From the sequence record MK817115.1: 64,000 nt of DNA; one strand, written 5' to 3'. A program made the translations under genes and the position numbers. The notes beneath the pieces are model-generated. The model searched no databases, was not told the DNA's origin, and saw only the letters and a list, made by a program, of their open reading frames with translations. Below, piece by piece: positions 10,640-18,712 of this stretch (its first letter is position 1; the number at the start of each line of letters is the position of its first letter).

Positions 10640-11819
10640 ATGTTACCTTTTGCAAGAATGGTTAAGTACGGGAATATAGCACCTATATATGAATCTAGTG
10701 TAATTAAAATGCAAGCACCATCGGCTTTTACCAACAACACATTGATGATTCTGTATAAGAACGGTGATTTGTGGGGTATTGGCGGTAACAATGCTGGTAT
10801 ATTCGGTCTTGGAAATACAACGACACAGACCAAATGGGTTCGCTTAATGCAAAATGTGAAAAATTTTTGGTGCACAAGGAATGCTTCATATAGCTTAGTT
10901 CAGACCAATGATAATAAATTTTATTATGCAGGTTGGAACCTTTGGACTGGTACATCTAGTGCAGTTCAAAGTACTACATTTGTTGATTGTACGTCTTATT
11001 TTTCAGGTTTTAATGTGGATAATATCAAGGAGATATATCCAAATGTTCGTAATATGTTTTTACTAACAAATGATAGTGTTCTTTACGCAATAGGTGATAA
11101 TTCGACCTATGAGTTGGGTAGTAGTTCATCTACACTTACATCATTTACACAGGTTAATATTAATGTTAAAAAGGTTAGTTCATTTTTCAATAGTCCGACT
11201 TGGATAATTAAAAATGATAATTCAGTATGGCGATGTGGTAAAACTAGTACTGGTACATTGTTAACTGGTTCTGCTACTGATACTTTGACGAGTTGGACAA
11301 AGTATAGTTTTCCTACAGGCCAGTACCCCGTTGATATAATTTCATATAACAATATGTTGGGTATAGTTCTTAATGTAGATAATACTTATCCGCTATATGG
11401 TGTAGGGTCACAAAATTCACGGACAATTAGGAAATGGTGTTCTATCTAATACTAATAAGATATCTTTAACGCCACAAAGTACTTATTTACAATTAACTAA
11501 TGTTTCCGATTTTGAATTTATACAAACATATTCACAAAATCCTAGGGGATTATTATATAGAAATGGAAGTCGTATTTTTGGAACAGGGTATAATAATTAT
11601 GGACAGCTTGGTAACAATTCATCTAATAATGCTTCAATTTTCGTCCAAGCACAATTTCCAAATTCTGTAGTTTATGATCCGTCAACATCGTTGGTTGCTG
11701 CGAATGACAATGCATTATTTGCATATGTGAATGGGAAATTATACTACACTGGTATGTCTCCAGTAGGGACAGTTGTTGGTACATGGACTTTAACTGAATA
11801 CCAATTGCCACAAATTTAA
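10640..11819 (+). pseudogene. Array member 10, split by a 1-nt frameshift near 11418
   Basis: ORF stops at 11449, but GQLGNG...GYNNYGQLGN...YQLPQI* continues in the adjacent frame to TAA at 11817-11819; could be a sequencing error. Confidence 0.7.
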
Positions 11820-11829
11820 GGAGGAATTT

Positions 11830-12939
11830 ATGTTACCTTTTGCTAGAATGGTTAAGTACGGAAATATTGCACCTGAAGCTCCAAAGATAAAGAAAGTACT
11901 GTGCGGTCTTGATAATTTGTACGTCCTCTATGGCGATGGCTCACTTTATGGTTGTGGGGTTAATACGTATTTGCAGTTAAACGTTGAAAATACAGCAACA
12001 AGAAATACTTGGATATTAATTTCAGAAGGTGTTACTGATGCATGGGCTGGTGCGTACAATATTCTTTATCTCAAGGGTGAAGAATTCATAATGCATGGAG
12101 TTACCACACAATTAGGCACAGGAAATACTATGATTCCGTTGGGTGGTTTGAATGTTACTTCTTCATTTCCACATATATCTAATATTAAAATGATATCAAT
12201 TGGTGCAGATACAATGCACTACGTTGATGCTAGTGGTTCGATTGTTTATGGTAGAGGCATGAATGGTAACTATTCACTCGGTGGTGGGTATTCCACGGCT
12301 CAGAGTACTTTTGTTTCAGTTATTAATACCGGAGCTAATACAGTTCTTGATATATTGGGTACACAGAATAACACATTAATATTAACATCAAATAATGAAC
12401 TTCTCGGTTGCGGGAGCAGTGGGTATGGTTCACTTGGCGTAAGTCCAGGACAGTATACTACACTAGTAAGCAGGTTAACAAGTGTTAAACTATTTGGTGG
12501 TAACAGTACTGGTACTCTTGCTTATTCAGCCAGCAATATATACAACGCAGGTTGGCAGTATATTGGTCAACTTGGTAACGGTATTACAACGAACACACAA
12601 GTATATCCATTTGCATTTAACTCCACTACTATTGATAGTAAGATACATAAAATATCAAAATCAAGTGCGACTTCATATGTTAATATGTACGCAACAACCG
12701 AAGGAAAGATATACAGTACTGGTGAATTTGGTAGAAATGGTTCGGGAGGTGGTTTGAGTAGATTCACCAATACACTAACTTTAGATAATTACAACCCAGA
12801 AAAATCAGCATTATACACATGTGCACATTTTAGTATAGTATTTGATGGTAATAATCAAATTTATGCTTGTGGTTCTTTTTTGTATGTGCCAGGTCCTATT
12901 ACCACGAACTCATGGTCTGCAATTACAATGCCGAAATAA
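11830..12939 (+). CDS. RCC1-like beta-propeller, array member 11
   Basis: 369 aa; GWQYIGQLGNG; only an RBS upstream. Confidence 0.75.
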   Translation: MLPFARMVKYGNIAPEAPKIKKVLCGLDNLYVLYGDGSLYGCGVNTYLQLNVENTATRNTWILISEGVTDAWAGAYNILYLKGEEFIMHGVTTQLGTGNTMIPLGGLNVTSSFPHISNIKMISIGADTMHYVDASGSIVYGRGMNGNYSLGGGYSTAQSTFVSVINTGANTVLDILGTQNNTLILTSNNELLGCGSSGYGSLGVSPGQYTTLVSRLTSVKLFGGNSTGTLAYSASNIYNAGWQYIGQLGNGITTNTQVYPFAFNSTTIDSKIHKISKSSATSYVNMYATTEGKIYSTGEFGRNGSGGGLSRFTNTLTLDNYNPEKSALYTCAHFSIVFDGNNQIYACGSFLYVPGPITTNSWSAITMPK

Positions 12940-12952
12940 TACTATAAAACTA

Positions 12953-13019
12953 TGCCAGTACTCGATACTGGCTTTCTTATTTTGGATTAAATATAGTATA
13001 ATGAATAAAGGAGGGAATT
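12953..13019 (+). repeat. Array intergenic module
   Basis: Same hairpin; core TTTGGATTAAATATAGTATAAT. Confidence 0.9.
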
Positions 13020-14189
13020 ATGTTACCTTTTGGAAGAATGTTAAAGTACGGAAATATTAAACCAACTCTTCCTGAAATAAAGAAATTGGATGGTAGTCAA
13101 TTACATGTCGGATTACTTTATAGTACAGGGAATATGTACATGCGTGGTTCTGGTTCGAACTATAAATTAGGTACAGGGGATGCTAGTGATGTATTAGGTG
13201 GTTGGGTACATGTACCCTATGAAGTTGATGATTTTTGGGCGTGTGTATCCGGTACATTAATAAAGACTGTTGATAATAAATTATATTGTGCAGGTCTATA
13301 CATGGGTGGATATTTTGGGGCTAGTGGTTCATATGTTAACTGGACTGAAGTAACTTCATTATTTGTAGGTATTGACGTGTCGCAAATAAAGAATATAGAA
13401 TTTACGTCAGCGGGGACTTCCGGTAGTACACTAATATTGATGTTAGATGGTCGTTTATATGGGTTCGGTATGAACAGTAGATCTGAGTTAGGTGTTAATA
13501 ACAAAGTTGTATCTCCCATTCTTATAGATACTGAGGTAAGTGCAATAGGAGCACATAAGTTAGGCGGTTCATCGTTCCATTATATAAAAGGCGGTAAGTA
13601 CTACAGATGTGGAACATCGGTTGGTAGTAATATTGGAAGTTCTTCTTTAACTACTTTTACGGTATTGAGTATTCCTGATAACGTTATATCTATGCAAATA
13701 TTATATGACAACGTACAGTTATTATGTTTAGGAAGTTCTGGATATAGTATCTATATGGCTGGTTCTAATGATTATGGTGGAAGAGGTGTTGGTGGTTCTA
13801 CTGTTTACACTACATTCAGGAAAATAGATCTTACAGGATTTGGTGTTGTTCCCAGTGAAATACTATTTGAAAATGCTGGAAATGGTTATGTTAATATATC
13901 AACTGATAGTACTGGGGTATATACATGTGGTGGTGGGGCTGGTGTTAATGGTTTAGGTAGACCAACTGATGTGATACCAAGTTCACAGTTGGGTTCGGTT
14001 CAGTTCAGTACTGGAGTAGAACCATCAAATATAAGTCGTGTGTATTCACAGAGTTCGAGTTCTGTTATATATTGTATAGTTAATAATGAATTGTACTGGG
14101 CTGGTAGTAATTCATATTTTACTGATCAAACCACAAATACTGGTACACAATTTTCATTTATTAAGATGAAGGATATGCCTTCTGCTTAG
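13020..14189 (+). CDS. RCC1-like beta-propeller, array member 12
   Basis: 389 aa; MLPFGRMLKYGN; GMNSRSELGV. Confidence 0.75.
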   Translation: MLPFGRMLKYGNIKPTLPEIKKLDGSQLHVGLLYSTGNMYMRGSGSNYKLGTGDASDVLGGWVHVPYEVDDFWACVSGTLIKTVDNKLYCAGLYMGGYFGASGSYVNWTEVTSLFVGIDVSQIKNIEFTSAGTSGSTLILMLDGRLYGFGMNSRSELGVNNKVVSPILIDTEVSAIGAHKLGGSSFHYIKGGKYYRCGTSVGSNIGSSSLTTFTVLSIPDNVISMQILYDNVQLLCLGSSGYSIYMAGSNDYGGRGVGGSTVYTTFRKIDLTGFGVVPSEILFENAGNGYVNISTDSTGVYTCGGGAGVNGLGRPTDVIPSSQLGSVQFSTGVEPSNISRVYSQSSSSVIYCIVNNELYWAGSNSYFTDQTTNTGTQFSFIKMKDMPSA

Positions 14190-14194
14190 ATTTT

Positions 14195-14261
14195 ATGCCA
14201 GTGCCTTGTACTGGCATTTTTTTGTCCTAAATATAATAACGATTTACATTTGGAGGATACA
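14195..14261 (+). repeat. Degenerate array module before member 13
   Basis: Hairpin ATGCCAGT..ACTGGCAT plus T-run; core reduced to CTAAATATAAT; GGAGG. Confidence 0.7.
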
Positions 14262-14685
14262 ATGCTACCCTTTCGAAGAATTATCACATCATCAAAACAG
14301 AACATACAACCTTCTGTAACAAAAATAGCTTCATCTGATACAACAGTTTTTGCCCTTATGTCAGATGGTACGTTGTACAGTAGAGAATCTCAAGAGTTTG
14401 GGTTATTCATATTTTTCTAATCATATTATAACTTCATTGGGTGTTTACGCAACTGGTAATAACACAGGCGATAACGCAGGTCAATTGGGTATAGGTACAC
14501 AAACAGATGTGTCGGCCTATACCAAATGTGTACTACCAATAGAGATGAATATGAATAACGTATATGTTACAGCAACTTTATACAGAACTTACTTAACCGA
14601 TGGTATACAAATTTACAGTACTGGACAATATATTACAGACGGTGGAGTTGCCAGTACTGTATTTGTTAAAGATTCACCATTTTAG
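14262..14685 (+). pseudogene. Array member 13, internally deleted and frameshifted
   Basis: MLPFRRIITSS...DGTLYSR (stop 14420) joined out of frame to a C-terminus (GQLGIGT...YRTYLTDG..YSTG...DSPF) that matches members 5 and 6. Confidence 0.7.
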
Positions 14686-15328
14686 GAATATTGTACAAAG
14701 TGTATGCAGTTATTTTAGAACTCTTTTTAAATTCATCATAGAGAAAATTCAAAATTCTGGAGCATTCAATATACTTTTCAATATCTTTATGGATTAATGA
14801 GTACTGAAACATTAAATCAGATGATATAGTGTAGGTACTACCTTTTAAACTGTTTAAAATATCACAGATTTCAGGGTTTACTGGTACTTCGTCAAAATTA
14901 TCATCTAAAACATTTATTTCAAAATCAAAGCTATCTTTGTTTTTGATTAATTTGATAATAGAATCACCATAAACATTATATTGTTTTAATGGATTTACTA
15001 CAATGTTAAAAAGATTGGATGTATTACAATCAATATCCATAAAGTATGTATTATCATTGTACTTAATATTGAAACATCCGTACTCAATAAAATCACCAGG
15101 AGTTATTGATGAGTTTCTTCTCGTTTCAACATAAGAAGCTTTAATTTTGTTTTTATGTAAAAGAGTAATAAATTTCTTAGACTGTTTAGCACCAGCTAAG
15201 TAAGTATTATAACTTGGTCTTTTAAAGATTATAGGACTAGACTTCTCGCCAGAGAAATATTTTTTTATAAATTTACGTTGTTTAACAAAATAGTTTTTAT
15301 AAAACAAACCTAATTTTGATTTCATCAT
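14666..15328 (-). CDS. Hypothetical protein, EExxFQxS-type C-terminal motif variant
   Basis: 220 aa, AGGAG RBS, ISSDLMFQYSLIHKD. Confidence 0.7.
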   Translation of the reverse strand: MMKSKLGLFYKNYFVKQRKFIKKYFSGEKSSPIIFKRPSYNTYLAGAKQSKKFITLLHKNKIKASYVETRRNSSITPGDFIEYGCFNIKYNDNTYFMDIDCNTSNLFNIVVNPLKQYNVYGDSIIKLIKNKDSFDFEINVLDDNFDEVPVNPEICDILNSLKGSTYTISSDLMFQYSLIHKDIEKYIECSRILNFLYDEFKKSSKITAYTLYNIPKMVNL

Positions 15329-15340
15329 AACTCCTTATAC

Positions 15341-15368
15341 ATCCAGTACTATTAAGTACTGGATTTTT
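15341..15368 (+). terminator. Hairpin built from two AGTACT sites, T-run on the + side
   Basis: ATCCAGTACT-ATTA-AGTACTGGAT-TTTT. Confidence 0.6.
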
Positions 15369-15369
15369 A

Positions 15370-15741
15370 TTATGACATACGCTTATTATGAATGGAATTA
15401 TGAATGGATTTTAAATAATTATATAATTTTATCAATCCACTACCAGTAGCTACAAACAGTAGTGCTGTTGGTATCATACATCCAAACATGGTTATTAATT
15501 CATGTATTTCCATACCATCACTATTTGGTCCCACATCAAATATAACAACCAAAACAACACCTAAAATGCTTAGACAATAATATCCCATAAAGACCATAAA
15601 AGTGATATATCCGGCACTTGATTTAATATTACATAACATATTATACACTGGATTAATACAGAAGAAGTATAATAACCATACCAGTGTTCCAGTACTGAAC
15701 ATAATAATTGAAATAATGGAAAATATCTCACGGTAACTCAT
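15370..15741 (-). CDS. Small 3-TM membrane protein, paralogue cluster A
   Basis: 123 aa, three hydrophobic segments, basic C-terminus. Confidence 0.75.
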   Translation of the reverse strand: MSYREIFSIISIIMFSTGTLVWLLYFFCINPVYNMLCNIKSSAGYITFMVFMGYYCLSILGVVLVVIFDVGPNSDGMEIHELITMFGCMIPTALLFVATGSGLIKLYNYLKSIHNSIHNKRMS

Positions 15742-15742
15742 A

Positions 15743-16105
15743 TTATTTCCTCATACCCAAACGTTGGTGGATTTCAGAGATCTTTATATACAATAGTACC
15801 ACAAGGTGCAGTACTAAACAACATATAATTACGGCTAATACCAATGAACATATCATAAGACCGAAGGTTATTGTATTCAAAGAGGATGTGAACAGTCCAA
15901 TTATTAATACAATAAAACCAAAATTGAATACTGTACCCAACACAGTATATGCTGGACTATATCTCTTTTGGATTACATCATATATATTTGATAATGGTCG
16001 CTTATGGAAGTACTTCCCAATGCACACGAATGCATTCAGTGAGAAGATAAATGTATACGCCATTACTAGTAATTGACCAACGAAAGATAATTCTATCCCG
16101 TTCAT
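15743..16105 (-). CDS. Small 3-TM membrane protein, cluster A
   Basis: Start moved to MNGIELSF (GAGG RBS), 120 aa. Confidence 0.7.
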   Translation of the reverse strand: MNGIELSFVGQLLVMAYTFIFSLNAFVCIGKYFHKRPLSNIYDVIQKRYSPAYTVLGTVFNFGFIVLIIGLFTSSLNTITFGLMICSLVLAVIICCLVLHLVVLLYIKISEIHQRLGMRK

Positions 16106-16106
16106 A

Positions 16107-16475
16107 CTAACCTCGTTTACGTTTTTTAATTGTACTGTGCATCTTTTCGAAATAGGGAACCAAAACATATTGAACAGTTTGCCAGATAACCATTAGATTA
16201 TGCACTGCACCACCAAGGATACCAAACACTAGAACAATAATTGCCATAATAGGATCACCGTCTACCATACCCCATTTAAAGATATGTAAAATCCAAGCAA
16301 TGACTAGACAAAATAAACTAAGCCAATACGTAATGAAAAATCCGGCTTGTAATTCATAATCATCAGCAATTTCATCGTATACCGTTTCTAAAAATGATAC
16401 ACAAAAGAATTTACCAATTATAACCACAGTACTAATAAACAGCATAGCAGTTAAGATAATAAGAGCAATTTCCAT
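16107..16475 (-). CDS. Small 3-TM membrane protein, cluster A
   Basis: 122 aa, hydrophobic, coupled stop/start. Confidence 0.75.
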   Translation of the reverse strand: MEIALIILTAMLFISTVVIIGKFFCVSFLETVYDEIADDYELQAGFFITYWLSLFCLVIAWILHIFKWGMVDGDPIMAIIVLVFGILGGAVHNLMVIWQTVQYVLVPYFEKMHSTIKKRKRG

Positions 16476-16789
16476 TACATCCCTCGTTTACGCTTTTGGT
16501 TGCGTCTAAATTCTGTTAGTCCACGGCTAATCGGCGGCATCAGACTACATAAAAAAGTAACAGTTGTTGGTAGTAACATCAAGTCAATCATTGCAGTGTT
16601 ATCTGGTGGTTCAAAAACCAAAAAATACACACAAGAAACACTAATAATGGTTGATCCGATAAAAGGAATACAAAATTCTTTTATCTGTTTTTCAACATAA
16701 TCAAACATCTTGAGTACAAATAAAAATCCAACCCAACACATAATGAAATAGAATGAATACAACGTGTAAATCAATGTTACGATATCCAT
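16475..16789 (-). CDS. Small 3-TM membrane protein, cluster A
   Basis: 104 aa, TAATG coupling. Confidence 0.75.
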   Translation of the reverse strand: MDIVTLIYTLYSFYFIMCWVGFLFVLKMFDYVEKQIKEFCIPFIGSTIISVSCVYFLVFEPPDNTAMIDLMLLPTTVTFLCSLMPPISRGLTEFRRNQKRKRGM

Positions 16790-17127
16790 TAGTACCTCGC
16801 ATCAGGGACTTTAGCACGTAATTTATGAACGACTGGGAACAACAACAAACTTACATATGCAATAGTTGAACCCCAATAGAATACTAATACAATTGGTTCA
16901 CCATTAGAACGGAAACCTCTACTAATCATTGAGTAGTGAATAATAGGCATAATCATCGCCATACCAAACCATGCGTGTAATTTTAATTGCAGCATGTTAT
17001 CAGCGATGAATACTGAAATTGGTCGTTTAAAGAACCACATCAGAAAGTAGAATCCAGCACTAATAATATAGTACAAAGTACTAACTTTCATATACCACGG
17101 CAGTAAATCAATAAAGTACTCCATCAT
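16789..17127 (-). CDS. Small 3-TM membrane protein, cluster A
   Basis: 112 aa, ends LRAKVPDARY. Confidence 0.75.
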   Translation of the reverse strand: MMEYFIDLLPWYMKVSTLYYIISAGFYFLMWFFKRPISVFIADNMLQLKLHAWFGMAMIMPIIHYSMISRGFRSNGEPIVLVFYWGSTIAYVSLLLFPVVHKLRAKVPDARY

Positions 17128-17471
17128 TCCTCCGGTATCTTATTTCGAAGTTCAATCATAACACAACAAATTTTAATGGTCAAGTAAAAAACTACACATA
17201 TCATACCCAATGTACCGTAAACTGCGGAGAATGCTGGCAGTACCTTTCCTGTGAGTGTTGCTACAATACATGCTATCAATGTTGATGCAAACAACGATTG
17301 ATTAATGAAAGAATTCATAAAATCTTCACCATTACGCTTATAGAATTGTCGTTTAAAATACCATCCTAGAAACATAACTACCCAAAATGTTACATAACCT
17401 GTTAGAATAATCCCTGCAATTGAATGTGCAACAGAACTACTCTTTAAAAACTCAAGATAAGCTTCAAACAT
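17124..17471 (-). CDS. Small 3-TM membrane protein, cluster A
   Basis: 115 aa, ends LRNKIPEE. Confidence 0.75.
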   Translation of the reverse strand: MFEAYLEFLKSSSVAHSIAGIILTGYVTFWVVMFLGWYFKRQFYKRNGEDFMNSFINQSLFASTLIACIVATLTGKVLPAFSAVYGTLGMICVVFYLTIKICCVMIELRNKIPEE

Positions 17472-17809
17472 TAGAAGTCTCCGCGAATTTTATCTCTACC
17501 ATGAATAATGAGATGGATTAAGTATACAACTAACCAAATGAACAACCCAAAGAATACAATATATTGTGAGATTGAGTTCAAGTGAGGATTGGCACAATAA
17601 ATTAAGTGTGCCATAAGACCAACAATTGCAAACAAACCTTGAACTAGTGTGTAAAGAACTAGTGATGAATTCCTTACTGGATACAGTTTAAAAACAATTT
17701 TCTTTTTAAAATACCACAGTACTACAACCAGTGCATGATAAAAGAAAAAACCAAACAGATAAATCAAAGTAATACTAATCATTGTATCTGAATTAAAAAA
17801 CTCAAGCAT
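17471..17809 (-). CDS. Small 3-TM membrane protein, cluster A
   Basis: 112 aa, GGAG RBS. Confidence 0.75.
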   Translation of the reverse strand: MLEFFNSDTMISITLIYLFGFFFYHALVVVLWYFKKKIVFKLYPVRNSSLVLYTLVQGLFAIVGLMAHLIYCANPHLNSISQYIVFFGLFIWLVVYLIHLIIHGRDKIRGDF

Positions 17810-17838
17810 ATCGTATCTCCGGTGGTGAATATTAAGTT

Positions 17839-17867
17839 ATAGTACTACACTATGGTAGTACTGTCAA
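17839..17867 (-). promoter_or_regulatory. sigma70-type promoter overlapped by an AGTACTAC..GTAGTACT inverted repeat
   Basis: TTGACA-17nt-TACTAT upstream of the membrane cluster. Confidence 0.65.
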
Positions 17868-17874
17868 TATGGAA

Positions 17875-18645
17875 TTAAATTTTCTCAAGGAACAAGTTTT
17901 CGCACTGCTCTTCCCAATCGTATGGGTTGTTGTTATATACTGCCGAAATCAACAGTGGCATACGCAGTGAAGGTGAACGAAGAGAATCTTCGTGCTTCAA
18001 CATCCAGTTCAGAATTGCTTTACTACCATTACGGTTAATACCCTTAGATTCTAAAATGTTAGTCTGATTCATCACGTTCTCAATGTGAATCATGATATCG
18101 CTTTTGGTCTGAATCTGTAAGTCAACGTATACAGAACGAGACATAAGAGCAGCATAGTGAGCAGACATTTTCGTTTTAGCTTTAGCATCTAATGCTAAAT
18201 CTTTGTTAGTGATGAATACGATACGACCGTTAAAATCAAAGCTGTTAGGGATACCGTTAGTGGTTAAGTACTTAGAGCTAGTCATGTAAGACACAGTACG
18301 TTTACCGCTGTCCAGTACTGCTTTGAGCAGGTTCATACCGTCTTCTGAATCAAAGATGCTGTCCATATCATCCAGTACTAATACGTTGGTGCTATGACGA
18401 TTCTTGTACAGAACTTCGTACAGAGCCAGAGTAGTCATTTTACCACTGATGGTAGCTACGTTCCATTCTGCTGCGTCATGAGCTTTCTGGAGGCGTTTAG
18501 ACAGGGTGTAAGTCTTACCAACACCAGGAGCACCACTGACAACCATACTTTTTACAGTACTGCTATCATCGAGCAAACACTCAAGAGCAACCATCATGGA
18601 GTTGAAGTTTTTCTGGATTTGAATGCTACGTGCTTCTCTGGTCAT
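17875..18645 (-). CDS. AAA+ family ATPase
   Basis: Walker A GAPGVGKT, Walker B LVLDDMD, sensor-1-like VFITN. Confidence 0.8.
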   Translation of the reverse strand: MTREARSIQIQKNFNSMMVALECLLDDSSTVKSMVVSGAPGVGKTYTLSKRLQKAHDAAEWNVATISGKMTTLALYEVLYKNRHSTNVLVLDDMDSIFDSEDGMNLLKAVLDSGKRTVSYMTSSKYLTTNGIPNSFDFNGRIVFITNKDLALDAKAKTKMSAHYAALMSRSVYVDLQIQTKSDIMIHIENVMNQTNILESKGINRNGSKAILNWMLKHEDSLRSPSLRMPLLISAVYNNNPYDWEEQCENLFLEKI

Positions 18646-18673
18646 TTCGTTATCCTCATCAGTTGATGAAATA

Positions 18674-18706
18674 ATTATAACAAAAAGGGCTGACCGAAGT
18701 CAACCC
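18674..18706 (-). promoter_or_regulatory. Terminator/promoter overlap cassette (PeSL-like) 1
   Basis: GGGTTGAC-TTCG-GTCAGCCC-TTTTT-G-T-TATAAT; TTGACT lies in the hairpin arm. Confidence 0.85.
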
Positions 18707-18712
18707 TTTTGT

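Noticed and set aside
1-14189. RCC1-like repeats as a recent eukaryotic gene transfer
   Set aside because: Such propellers are widespread in bacteria and phages, and base composition matches the rest of the window
1151-14261. Regularly recurring palindromic repeat as a CRISPR array
   Set aside because: The intervals are 0.8-2.4 kb of coding sequence, the repeat includes RBS and promoter elements, and there are no cas genes
1-14685. True integron or shufflon
   Set aside because: No tyrosine recombinase in the window, no attC-like RYYYAAC/GTTRRRY ends, and all units share one orientation; kept only as an analogy
14350-14685. Independent 111-aa gene
   Set aside because: TTG start without RBS; its homology begins mid-ORF, so it is the 3' half of the deleted member 13
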